The position numbers were made by a program, and so were the translations under genes. DNA of 34,838 nucleotides from assembly GCA_905236265.1 (NCBI GenBank), contig CAJOOV010000050.1:1-34838 (forward strand), in the 5' to 3' direction. The DNA comes from an uncultured Oscillospiraceae bacterium (GTDB taxonomy: Bacteria; Bacillota; Clostridia; Oscillospirales; Oscillospiraceae). Of this stretch, positions 16,546 to 25,581 are shown one piece after another; position 1 is the stretch's first letter; every line of letters starts with the position of its first letter. The notes under the pieces were generated by a model. It had not been told where the DNA came from, searched no databases, and saw nothing but the letters and a program-made list of their open reading frames with translations.

Positions 16546-17277
16546 ATGAGCCAATCGGAGGAGAAGATTCAACAGCTCCAGCAGTGGATTGACGAGAGCA
16601 AGCGCATTGTCTTTTTCGGCGGCGCAGGGGTATCCACGGAGAGCGGTGTGCCGGATTTCCGCAGCGTGGACGGACTGTACCACCAGAAATACAGCGAGCC
16701 GCCGGAAACCATCCTCAGCCATACCTATTTCCAGCGGAACACGGAGGGCTTTTTCCGCTTCTACCGGGACAAGCTGCTGCCCACCGGCGCCCAGCCCAAC
16801 GACGCACACAAGAAGCTGGCGGAGCTGGAGCAGGCGGGGAAGCTGACTGCGGTAGTGACCCAGAATATCGACGGGCTCCACCAGAAGGCGGGGAGCCGGG
16901 AGGTGCTGGAGCTGCACGGCTCAGTGCTGCGCAACTACTGCCAGCGCTGCCATAGGTTCTACGGCGTGGAGGCGGTGGAGCAGTCTCAGGGCGTGCCCCG
17001 CTGTACCTGCGGCGGCATCATCAAGCCGGACGTGGTGCTCTATGAGGAGCCGCTGGACGAGGGGGTCATGTACCGTGCCGTGGAGCATATCCGTCAGGCG
17101 GATATGCTGATTATCGGCGGCACCTCGCTGGTGGTCTACCCGGCGGCGGGACTGGTGAACTACTATCAGGGGCACAGGCTGGTGCTGATTAACCTGCAGA
17201 GCACCCCCTACGACAAATACGCAGACCTCACCATCAACGAAAAGATCGGACAGGTTTTCCGTCAAATCCACGTCTGA
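16546..17277 (+). CDS. cobB: NAD-dependent protein deacylase (sirtuin)
   Basis: GAGVSTESGVPDFRS, TQNIDGLHQKAG, LHGS, KPDVVLYEE, GTSLVVYPAA; ATG 16546 after GGGAGG. Confidence 0.95.
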   Translation: MSQSEEKIQQLQQWIDESKRIVFFGGAGVSTESGVPDFRSVDGLYHQKYSEPPETILSHTYFQRNTEGFFRFYRDKLLPTGAQPNDAHKKLAELEQAGKLTAVVTQNIDGLHQKAGSREVLELHGSVLRNYCQRCHRFYGVEAVEQSQGVPRCTCGGIIKPDVVLYEEPLDEGVMYRAVEHIRQADMLIIGGTSLVVYPAAGLVNYYQGHRLVLINLQSTPYDKYADLTINEKIGQVFRQIHV

Positions 17278-17330
17278 GGTAGATTCCGCCTTTTTCCCAC
17301 TGGTCACAATGGCGAAATATGGCAGGACAC

Positions 17331-17359
17331 TTGCCAAAAATGAAGCGTGAACGTATAAT
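17331..17359 (+). promoter_or_regulatory. sigmaA promoter of icd
   Basis: TTGCCA-17bp-TATAAT. Confidence 0.8.
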
Positions 17360-17424
17360 TGTTGCATATTTTCGGGGAAAGGCAGCGGCTTGCCGCCGTT
17401 CCCGCATAAAGAGAGGTCAGTTCT

Positions 17425-18645
17425 ATGCAAAAAATCACGATGACCACGCCCATCGTCGAGATGGACGGGGACGAGATGACAAGGATCCTCTGGCAGGAGA
17501 TCAAGGATGAGGTCATCCTGCCCTATGTGGATCTGAAGACGGAATACTATGATCTGGGGCTGAAGCACCGGGAGGAGACGCAGGATCAGGTGACAATTGA
17601 CGCCGCTAACGCCAATAAAAAATACGGCGTGGCAGTCAAGTGCGCCACCATCACCCCCAACGCCCAGCGGGTGGAGGAGTACAACCTGAGCAGGATGTGG
17701 AAAAGTCCCAACGGCACGATCCGTGCCATTCTGGACGGCACCGTGTTTCGTGCCCCCATTATGGTGAAGGGCATCTCCCCTGTGGTCAAGACGTGGAAGC
17801 AGCCCATCACCATTGCCCGCCATGCCTTCGGAGACGTGTACAAGGCCACAGAGTTCCGTGTCCCGGAGAAGGGAACGGCAAGCATCCGCTTTGTCTCCCA
17901 GTCCGGGGAGACGCTGCTGGACGAGACGGTGTATGAGTTCGAGTGCCCCGGCGTCCTTCAGGGGCAGTTTAACAAGGACAGCTCTATCCGCTCCTTTGCC
18001 CATTCCTGCTTCCGCTATGCCATCAGCACCAGACAGGATCTGTGGTTCTCCACGAAGGACACCATCTCCAAGCTCTATGACCACACCTTTAAGGACATCT
18101 TTCAGGAGATCTATGAGCAGGAGTATCAAAAGACCTTTGAAGAGCTGGGCATCACCTACTTCTACACCCTGATCGACGATGCAGTGGCACGGGTCATCCG
18201 CTCTAAGGGCGGCTTTATCTGGGCCTGCAAGAATTATGACGGCGACGTGATGAGCGATATGGTGTCCACCGCCTTCGGCTCTCTGGCGATGATGACCTCC
18301 GTGCTGGTCTCCCCAGACGGGAACTACGAGTATGAGGCCGCCCATGGCACCGTCACCCGCCACTACTACAGGTATCTGAAGGGGGAGGAGACCTCCACCA
18401 ACCCCATGGCCATGATCTTCGCATGGTCCGGTGCGCTGCGCAAGCGGGGGGAGATGGACGGAAACGATGCGCTGTGCGCCTTTGCCGACCGGCTGGAGGC
18501 CGCCTCCATCGCCACGATTGAGTCCGGCGTTATGACCGGCGACCTCTACGCCATGTGGGAGGGGGAGGTTCCCGCCCGGAAGGTCACGTCCGTGGAGTTC
18601 CTGCGGGAGATTCGCAGGAGGCTGGATCTGGCGGCGGCTCGCTGA
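17425..18645 (+). CDS. icd: NADP-dependent isocitrate dehydrogenase (IDH1/2-like subfamily)
   Basis: [49 protein letters not shown] motifs. Confidence 0.97.
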   Translation: MQKITMTTPIVEMDGDEMTRILWQEIKDEVILPYVDLKTEYYDLGLKHREETQDQVTIDAANANKKYGVAVKCATITPNAQRVEEYNLSRMWKSPNGTIRAILDGTVFRAPIMVKGISPVVKTWKQPITIARHAFGDVYKATEFRVPEKGTASIRFVSQSGETLLDETVYEFECPGVLQGQFNKDSSIRSFAHSCFRYAISTRQDLWFSTKDTISKLYDHTFKDIFQEIYEQEYQKTFEELGITYFYTLIDDAVARVIRSKGGFIWACKNYDGDVMSDMVSTAFGSLAMMTSVLVSPDGNYEYEAAHGTVTRHYYRYLKGEETSTNPMAMIFAWSGALRKRGEMDGNDALCAFADRLEAASIATIESGVMTGDLYAMWEGEVPARKVTSVEFLREIRRRLDLAAAR

Positions 18646-18685
18646 CCCTTTTTCAGGGCGGTGTTTCTGCCTGCCGCCGCATGGA

Positions 18686-18730
18686 AAAAGAAAAATGCGC
18701 ATTCCCGGAACCTCACCGGGAATGCGCATT
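18686..18730 (-). terminator. Terminator between icd and the NlpC/P60 gene
   Basis: 15-bp stem AATGCGCATTCCCGG / CCGGGAATGCGCATT with a T-rich tail on the minus strand. Confidence 0.8.
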
Positions 18731-18741
18731 CTGTCTCTCTG

Positions 18742-19773
18742 TCAGAGCATCCGACGAATACCGACAACGTCCATAATATCAACTCTGCTGTACACGATAC
18801 CAACACGGCTGTTCAGAGCGTTGATAATCTTGCCGTCCCCGGCATAGATACCCACATGGCCGCTGTAGCACACCACGTCGCCCGGCTGCATCTCCGAGCG
18901 GGAGACGGCACGGCCGCAGTGGCGGATAGAGGCGGAGCTGTGGGGAAGGCTGATGCCGAAGTGCTCATAGACCTTCATGACGAAGCCGGAGCAGTCGCAT
19001 CCACGGGTCAGGCTGGTGCCGCCCCAGACATAGGGGTTGCCCTCAAACTGAACGGCGTAGTCCACTACGGCCTGACCGGTGGACATGGAGGGGTCTTTTA
19101 CCACGCAGTCCTCTGTTGCGTCCACATATCTGCTGTTGACATATCCGGTCTGCCCCTCAAAGGTGACCTGAATCCACTCGCCCTCGGCCTGCTCCGGGGA
19201 GATGACGGTGTTGCGGGGCAGTACCGTCAGCACCTCGCAGTCCGTATTCGGCTCGGTGCGGAGATTCAGGCGGGCATTGGTGACAATATCCGCATCCACC
19301 TCGGACACCGCAAGAAATCCGGTCTGGCTGCCCACCTGAACAAAATACCAGCTGTCGTTGTAGCCCAGAATCTGTACCGGGGCATCCTCTGCCAGCTCGT
19401 CCATGACCTCGGAGCCGGAGTCCGCCTCGTTGAGGAGTACGGCGCTCTCGGCGAGCACAGTGGCCTGACCAAGGGACTCGGGGGCGAGGCTGTCCATATC
19501 CATGTACCCGGTGATGACCTCGTCTCCGTCCTCCCATGCGGCGGGCTGAAGCCCGCTCTGCTCGTTGCTGAGCAGCACGACCACATCGCCCTCAGAGAGA
19601 GTGACCAGTGCATCGGAATCCGTATCGTCGGATTCGTAGAGAATGGCGGAATCTGCGGTCACAGCCGCCTGATAGGGGACAAAGGTGTCCTTCGCAAAGG
19701 CGGGAAGAGAGCACAGAGCCACGGCGGAGCCGGCAATTAACATCTTTCGAAACAGGTTATCTAATCGTTTCAT
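18742..19773 (-). CDS. Secreted SH3b-repeat NlpC/P60 (C40) peptidoglycan endopeptidase
   Basis: Signal peptide (…ALCSLPAFA), SH3b-like repeats, NPYVWGG…DCSGF…HVGIY; ATG 19773 after GGAGG. Confidence 0.92.
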   Translation of the reverse strand: MKRLDNLFRKMLIAGSAVALCSLPAFAKDTFVPYQAAVTADSAILYESDDTDSDALVTLSEGDVVVLLSNEQSGLQPAAWEDGDEVITGYMDMDSLAPESLGQATVLAESAVLLNEADSGSEVMDELAEDAPVQILGYNDSWYFVQVGSQTGFLAVSEVDADIVTNARLNLRTEPNTDCEVLTVLPRNTVISPEQAEGEWIQVTFEGQTGYVNSRYVDATEDCVVKDPSMSTGQAVVDYAVQFEGNPYVWGGTSLTRGCDCSGFVMKVYEHFGISLPHSSASIRHCGRAVSRSEMQPGDVVCYSGHVGIYAGDGKIINALNSRVGIVYSRVDIMDVVGIRRML

Positions 19774-19811
19774 GGGACCTCCCATCGGGTTTTTGTTGGT
19801 TTCTCTCTGTT

Positions 19812-20108
19812 TTATCTGGCGTTCAGGGCACGGTTCAGCCACACATAGGCCAGATCCATTGCCGCATACAGGCTGTTCTTCTCACTGCTGCGCACCACCC
19901 GGTCACGGCTGCGCTGGTTCTGATCCGTGCTCTGGAGCTGGACGGACACCTTCGTGGCCATGGTCATCTCCTCGTCCACCGGGATGCTTCCCATTATCTG
20001 AAGCTGGATGATATACGGGTCGGACATCTTGCCGTAGTAGATCATGTTGTCCTTGCGCACCAGCGGATAGCCTTTATATTCCAGAGGGAGCTTTGTCGCT
20101 TCAGCCAT
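19812..20108 (-). CDS. Conserved hypothetical protein (98 aa)
   Basis: ATG 20108 after GGAGG, own promoter, co-oriented with the NlpC/P60 gene; globular-looking sequence (YKGYPLVRKDNMIYYG…). Confidence 0.75.
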   Translation of the reverse strand: MAEATKLPLEYKGYPLVRKDNMIYYGKMSDPYIIQLQIMGSIPVDEEMTMATKVSVQLQSTDQNQRSRDRVVRSSEKNSLYAAMDLAYVWLNRALNAR

Positions 20109-20130
20109 ATCTGTAACCTCCATTCAAAAC

Positions 20131-20168
20131 TGTAACCGAATTGTAACACATTGAATTCAAACTGTCAA
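20131..20168 (-). promoter_or_regulatory. sigmaA promoter overlapped by a WalR/OmpR-like direct repeat
   Basis: Minus strand TTGACA(20168-63)-17bp-TACAAT(20145-40); plus strand TGTAAC-N5-TGTAAC at 20131-20147. Confidence 0.7.
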
Positions 20169-20295
20169 CCCCTCCTGAGAATTGAGGCTGTGTAGGCCGA
20201 TTCTGTATCGGACAGAATAAAATCTCCCCAAGGTGTGGTCTTTTTCCGGGGAATGTGGTATCATTTCCGGTAACGTATGCAAGGGGGTATGAGAT

Positions 20296-22953
20296 GTGAA
20301 GCTGATGGCATTGGATGGAAATTCCATCGTCAACCGTGCCTTTTATGGGATACGCCTGCTCAGCACACGGGAGGGGCTGTATACCAATGCGGTATACGGG
20401 TTTCTCACGATTCTGCAGCGTATGCTGGACGAGGAGCGCCCGGATGCGCTGTGCGTCACCTTTGACCTGAAAGCGCCCACCTTCCGCCATCTGGCCTATG
20501 AGGGCTATAAGGCAACCCGCCACGGGATGCCGGAGGAGCTGGCAGTTCAAATGCCGGTGCTGAAGGAGGTTCTGGCGGCGATGAGGATACCCTGCTATGA
20601 GCTCTCCGGCTGGGAGGCGGACGACCTGCTGGGCACGATTTCCCGCAGGTGCGAGGAAAAGGGCTGGGACTGCGTGATTGTCACGGGAGACAAGGACTCT
20701 TTGCAGCTCATCACTGACCGCACCACGGTGGATTTGGTCTCCACCCGCATGGGGCAGACCACCACGAAGCGGATGACCCCGGAGGCCTTCCGGGAGGAAT
20801 ACGGCTTTGACCCGGTTCACATGATCGACCTGAAGAGCCTTATGGGAGATGCCTCTGACAATATCCCCGGCGTGAAGGGCATAGGGGAAAAGACCGCCAT
20901 GACCCTGATCCGTCGCTATGGCTCCATGGAGGCGCTGTATGAGGACTTTGAGAACGCCCCGCTCAAGCCTGCCCAGCGGAAAAAGCTGGACGAGGGCAGG
21001 GACATGGCAAAGCTGTCCTACGATCTGGCGACGATTCGCTGCAATGCGCCCATTGATTTCACCCCGGAGGAGAACCTTTGCCGGGAGCCGGACAACGATA
21101 CCCTCTATGCCCTGTTCCTGAAGCTGGAGTTTGCCAAGCTCATCCAGCGCTACCGGCTCCACGCCCCAGAGGAGAGTGTGCAGGCTCCTGTACAGCAGGA
21201 GCACAGCACTCAGGCGGTGGACATCACCTCTCAGGCGCAGATGGAGCCTTACTGGCAGGAGTTGGAGGCAGCGGAGTATGTGACGCTGCTGCCTCTGCCC
21301 GGTCTGGAGGGCGTAACCGTGGCGCTGGACAGGGGAGAGGGGGAGTCTCTGCTGCTGGACGTGCGAAGCAGACGCTATGAGGGGGACTACAACGCCTTTC
21401 TCCGCCGGCTGTTCTCCGGCAGCGTGGGCAAGGTGGTCCACGGGGCAAAGACCATCTGTGAGGAACTGATACAGCAGGGGCTGGACGCAGAGGGCTTTGT
21501 CTTTGACACGGAGCTTGCCGCCTATCTGCTGGACCCCACGGCGGGCAGCTATGCGCTGGACAAGCTGGTGATGCAGTATTTTAAGCAGGAGCGGGAGGCA
21601 AACGCCGCCTACAGGCAGCAGGACGCTTTCTCTGCCCTGTCAGACGATTTGAAGGCGCAGACGGAGTGGTACGAGGATACCGCATGGATTGAGGCGCTGC
21701 ATAAGCATTTCCGCCCCCTTCTGGAGGAGAACGGGCTGATGAGGGTGCTGACGGAGATTGACCTGCCCCTGTGCCCGGTGCTGGCGGAGATGGAGCAGGC
21801 GGGTGTGCTGGTGGACCGTCAGGCGCTGGTGGACTTTGGAGCCATGCTGAGCGGGAATATTGACAAGGCGCAGAGAGCCATCTACGACATGGCAGGCAGC
21901 GAGTTCAATATCAACTCCACCCAGCAGCTGGGCAAGGTGCTGTTTGAAGACCTTGACCTGCCCGCCGTGAAAAAGACCAAGCGGGGCTACTCCACCAATG
22001 CCGAGGTGCTGGACAAGCTCAAGCCCTACCACCCCATCATCCAGCAGATTCTGGATTACCGCCAGCTCACCAAGCTGAAATCCACCTATGTGGACGGCCT
22101 GACCAAGGTGATCGGGGAGGACGGGAGAATCCACACCAGCTTCCAGAATACCGTCACCGCCACCGGGCGGCTCTCCTCCGCAGAGCCGAACCTGCAGAAT
22201 ATCCCTGTCCGCACGCCGCTGGGAGCGGAGATGCGGAAAATGTTTCAGGCTGCCCCCGGCAACGTGCTGGTGGATGCGGACTATTCCCAGATTGAACTGC
22301 GCCTTCTGGCGCACATCGCCCGGGACGAGGCCATGATTCAGGGCTTTCAGACCGGTGCGGACATCCACGCAGCCACGGCGGCGCAGGTCTTTGGCGTTTC
22401 GGAGGAGCAGGTGACAAAGCAGATGCGCTCCTCTGCCAAGGCGGTGAACTTCGGCATTGTCTACGGCATTTCCGCCTTCTCTCTGGCGCAGGACATCGGC
22501 GTGAGTAACTATCAGGCGAAGGAGTATATGCAGCGCTATTTCGACAAGTATTCCGGTATCCGTATGTATCAGAAGAACATCGTCCGTCAGGCGAAGGAGG
22601 ACGGCTATGTGTCCACGGAGTTTGGCCGCCGCCGCTGGCTGCCGGAGCTGAAGAGCAGCAATTTCAATATGCGCTCTTTTGGGGAGAGGGTGGCGCTGAA
22701 CATGCCCATTCAGGGCACGGCGGCGGACATCATCAAGCTGGCCATGATCCGTGTGCGAAACCGCCTGCGCACAGAGGGACTGCAGGGCAGGCTTGTCCTT
22801 CAGGTTCACGACGAGCTGATCGTGGAGTGCCCAGAGGCCGAGGGAGAGCAGATCGCCCGGCTGCTGGAGGAGGAGATGGAGCAGGTGGTGCGCCTGAGCG
22901 TCCCCTTGCTGGCTGAGGCGAAGATCGGACACAGCTGGGCGGATGCCCACTGA
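20296..22953 (+). CDS. polA: DNA polymerase I
   Basis: 5'-3' exonuclease motifs (DGNS, EADD, GDKD, GDASDNIPGV) and Pol A motifs (DYSQIELR, AKAVNFGIVYG, QGTAADIIK, QVHDEL). Confidence 0.98.
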   Translation: MKLMALDGNSIVNRAFYGIRLLSTREGLYTNAVYGFLTILQRMLDEERPDALCVTFDLKAPTFRHLAYEGYKATRHGMPEELAVQMPVLKEVLAAMRIPCYELSGWEADDLLGTISRRCEEKGWDCVIVTGDKDSLQLITDRTTVDLVSTRMGQTTTKRMTPEAFREEYGFDPVHMIDLKSLMGDASDNIPGVKGIGEKTAMTLIRRYGSMEALYEDFENAPLKPAQRKKLDEGRDMAKLSYDLATIRCNAPIDFTPEENLCREPDNDTLYALFLKLEFAKLIQRYRLHAPEESVQAPVQQEHSTQAVDITSQAQMEPYWQELEAAEYVTLLPLPGLEGVTVALDRGEGESLLLDVRSRRYEGDYNAFLRRLFSGSVGKVVHGAKTICEELIQQGLDAEGFVFDTELAAYLLDPTAGSYALDKLVMQYFKQEREANAAYRQQDAFSALSDDLKAQTEWYEDTAWIEALHKHFRPLLEENGLMRVLTEIDLPLCPVLAEMEQAGVLVDRQALVDFGAMLSGNIDKAQRAIYDMAGSEFNINSTQQLGKVLFEDLDLPAVKKTKRGYSTNAEVLDKLKPYHPIIQQILDYRQLTKLKSTYVDGLTKVIGEDGRIHTSFQNTVTATGRLSSAEPNLQNIPVRTPLGAEMRKMFQAAPGNVLVDADYSQIELRLLAHIARDEAMIQGFQTGADIHAATAAQVFGVSEEQVTKQMRSSAKAVNFGIVYGISAFSLAQDIGVSNYQAKEYMQRYFDKYSGIRMYQKNIVRQAKEDGYVSTEFGRRRWLPELKSSNFNMRSFGERVALNMPIQGTAADIIKLAMIRVRNRLRTEGLQGRLVLQVHDELIVECPEAEGEQIARLLEEEMEQVVRLSVPLLAEAKIGHSWADAH

Positions 22954-22990
22954 CGGAAAACCAAAACACAGCAGAGAAAAAGGAGCAGAT

Positions 22991-23509
22991 ATGACCAATT
23001 TTACACCCGTAATGGGCTCCGTTCCCGCAAAACCGGCAAAGCCGGTATCCTACCGGCTGGTACCCATGAACCGGGAGCTGATCGCCCAGATTGCAGACAT
23101 CGAACGTGCGTGCTTCTCTGTGCCGTGGACGCAGGAGATGCTTTTGGAGGAGCTGGAGAGCCTGAACTCCACCTGCATTGTGGCGGTGACGCAGGAGAAT
23201 GAAGTGCTGGGCTATGCCAGCTTGACGGTGGTGCTGGACGAGGGCTATATCAATAATATCGCCGTAAAGCGGCAGTACCGCCGCATGGGGCTGGGCGGGG
23301 AGCTTTTGAAGGTGTTTATCCGCTTCGCTCAGGCAAACGGACTTGCCTTCCTCACCCTTGAGGTGCGTGATACAAATCTCGCCGCCCGGAGCCTCTATTC
23401 CGGCTTCGGCTTTCAGGAGGTGGGCAGGCGGAAAAACTACTACGACAAGCCCACGGAGGATGCCATTTTAATGACGAAATTCTTCCACCAAGAGGAAGAA
23501 AAACTGTGA
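22991..23509 (+). CDS. rimI: RimI-like GNAT N-acetyltransferase
   Basis: INNIAV…RRMGLG, LEVR..N..A..LY...GF...GRRKNYY..P.EDA; ATG 22991 after AGGAG. Confidence 0.88.
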   Translation: MTNFTPVMGSVPAKPAKPVSYRLVPMNRELIAQIADIERACFSVPWTQEMLLEELESLNSTCIVAVTQENEVLGYASLTVVLDEGYINNIAVKRQYRRMGLGGELLKVFIRFAQANGLAFLTLEVRDTNLAARSLYSGFGFQEVGRRKNYYDKPTEDAILMTKFFHQEEEKL

Positions 23510-23524
23510 AATCAAGGTGATAGC

Positions 23525-24196
23525 ATGGACAAAAAGCTCCTCCTTCAGGCGCTGACGAAGCTGGTTTCCGGCATGAGCCTTGTTGCCCTGCTTCTGTTTC
23601 CCGCCGCAGGCACGCCGGGGTTTCTCCGGGGATGGCTGCTGATGGGCGTGCTGTTTCTTCCCATGACGGCGGCAGGCTTTGTGATGCTGTTTCGTGCGCC
23701 TGAGCTGCTGCGCAGGCGGCTGAACGCCAACGAGCAGGAACAGACCCAGCGATGGGTGATTGCCCTGAGCGGGCTTATGTTTGCGGCAGCCTTCCTGCTG
23801 GCCGGACTGGATTACCGCTTTGGCTGGAGCAGCCTGCCCGGATGGGTTTCGGCTGCGGCCTGTCTGGTGTTCCTGCTGGGTTATGGGATGTTTGCTGTTG
23901 TACTGCGGGAGAATGTCTGGCTTTCCCGCACGGTGGAGGTGCAGAAGGGGCAGCAGGTGGTGGATACCGGGCTGTATGCTGTGGTGCGCCATCCCATGTA
24001 TTCCGCCACTTTACTTCTCTTTCTCTCTATGCCGCTGATTCTGGGCTCGCTGGTCTCCTTCGCCGTAATGCTGCTCTATCTGCCCATCCTGTATGTGCGC
24101 ATACGCAATGAGGAGCGGGTTCTGGAACAGGGACTCTCCGGCTATACCGACTATCAGCGCCGGGTGCGTTACCGGCTGATTCCCTTTCTCTGGTGA
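23525..24196 (+). CDS. Isoprenylcysteine carboxyl methyltransferase family membrane protein
   Basis: VVDTGLYAVVRHPMY, RIRNEERVL, Y..Y...VRYRLIP motifs; multiple TM helices. Confidence 0.88.
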   Translation: MDKKLLLQALTKLVSGMSLVALLLFPAAGTPGFLRGWLLMGVLFLPMTAAGFVMLFRAPELLRRRLNANEQEQTQRWVIALSGLMFAAAFLLAGLDYRFGWSSLPGWVSAAACLVFLLGYGMFAVVLRENVWLSRTVEVQKGQQVVDTGLYAVVRHPMYSATLLLFLSMPLILGSLVSFAVMLLYLPILYVRIRNEERVLEQGLSGYTDYQRRVRYRLIPFLW

Positions 24197-24261
24197 GGGA
24201 GCATTGCCCATTGGCACACTGTATGAATGACCAAATACTTTGAAAAAGAGGAAACCGATCT

Positions 24262-25269
24262 ATGAAAATACTGGCAGTAGAATCCTCCTGCGACGAGACG
24301 GCAGTTGCCATTGTGGAGGACGGCAGGCGGGTGCTCTCCGACGCTGTGGCCTCCCAGATCGAGATGCACACCATCTACGGCGGGGTCGTGCCGGAAATCG
24401 CTTCAAGAAAGCACTTGGAGGCGATCTGCCTCATGGCAGATCAGGCGCTGGAGCAGGCGGGGCTGGAGCGGCGTGATTTGGACGCCGTGGCCTGCACCTA
24501 TGCCCCCGGACTCATCGGCGCAGTGCTGGTGGGAGTAAACTTTGCCAAGAGCGTGGCCTACGCCCTGAACCTGCCCCTGATTCCCGTTCACCACATCCGG
24601 GGACACATCGCCGCAAACTACATCACACATCCTGCGCTGGAGCCGCCCTTTCTCTGCCTGTGCGTCAGCGGCGGGAATACCATGATCGTGGACGTTCAGG
24701 ACTACACCCGCATGGAGCTTCTGGGCGCAACCAGAGACGATGCGGCAGGGGAGTGCTTCGACAAGGTCGCCCGTGTGCTGGGGATCGGCTATCCCGGCGG
24801 CGGCCCCATGGATCGGCTGGCGCAGGGGGGAGATGAAAAGAAATACCCCCTGCCCCGCTCCAAGGTGGACGGCGCACCGCTGGATATGTCCTTCTCCGGG
24901 CTGAAAACCGCCGCCTTGAACACCATCCACAACGCCAGCCAGAAGGGAGAGGCGCTGGATCTGCCCTCCTTTGCCGCCTCCTTCGGTCAGGCGGTGAGCG
25001 ACGAGCTGGTGCCAAGAGTGCTGCAGGCGGCGCAGATGACCGGGCGTAGGCGCATTGCCGCCGCCGGGGGTGTCTCCGCCAACAGCCGTATCCGGGGCGA
25101 TTTGCAGCGCATGTGCGCCCTGCATGGCTATGAGCTGTACCTCCCGGAGCTGAAGCTCTGCGGCGACAACGGCGCCATGATCGGCGCACAGGGGTATTAC
25201 GAGTATCTCGCCGGACATGTTGCGGATTCCACCCTGAACGGCTATGCAGGCAGACGGATTGACGAATGA
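24262..25269 (+). CDS. tsaD: tRNA t6A37 threonylcarbamoyltransferase TsaD
   Basis: ESSCDET, GGVVPEIASRKH, HHIRGH, VSGG, DDAAGECFDK, SFSGLKT, DNGAMIG. Confidence 0.97.
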   Translation: MKILAVESSCDETAVAIVEDGRRVLSDAVASQIEMHTIYGGVVPEIASRKHLEAICLMADQALEQAGLERRDLDAVACTYAPGLIGAVLVGVNFAKSVAYALNLPLIPVHHIRGHIAANYITHPALEPPFLCLCVSGGNTMIVDVQDYTRMELLGATRDDAAGECFDKVARVLGIGYPGGGPMDRLAQGGDEKKYPLPRSKVDGAPLDMSFSGLKTAALNTIHNASQKGEALDLPSFAASFGQAVSDELVPRVLQAAQMTGRRRIAAAGGVSANSRIRGDLQRMCALHGYELYLPELKLCGDNGAMIGAQGYYEYLAGHVADSTLNGYAGRRIDE

Positions 25270-25367
25270 TGATTATGTAAACTAAAGACGGAAAATCCCT
25301 GCCTCCGAAAGAGAGTGCGCCTGCGGCGGAAAAACGGGGAAAAGCGTTGAAAACACTGCAATCCCAA

Positions 25368-25397
25368 TGTGCAAAACTCTGTGGAAATTGTGGACAA
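25368..25397. promoter_or_regulatory. Cluster of three co-oriented DnaA-box-like 9-mers
   Basis: TGTGCAAAA (25368-76), TGTGGAAAT (25380-88) and TGTGGACAA (25389-97) versus the consensus TGTGNAWAA. Confidence 0.6.
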
Positions 25398-25493
25398 CCT
25401 CCCCGGTGCGCCCCAGTTGCAGCAAGCGTTATGGACGAGGCGGCGGAGAGAGGGGCGGCGCAGGGGAGGAGGGAATCTTTTCTCCGGGACTGA

Positions 25494-25522
25494 TTGAACA
25501 TTTCCCCCAAGTGTGCTACAAT
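25494..25522 (+). promoter_or_regulatory. sigmaA promoter of trpS
   Basis: TTGAAC-17bp-TACAAT with extended TG. Confidence 0.7.
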
Positions 25523-25581
25523 AGGGGGCATTCGCAAAGACGAAACCCCTTTTCGGGACGATAGAGAAGGACGTGTCAGAA

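Noticed and set aside
17341-17353. cre (CcpA) site in the icd promoter spacer
   Set aside because: TGAAGCGTGAAC is only a partial match to TGWNANCGNTNWCA.
25270-25581. T-box riboswitch upstream of trpS
   Set aside because: No T-box motif (GGTGGNACCGCG) or terminator is visible, and the predicted promoter leaves only about 55 nt of leader.
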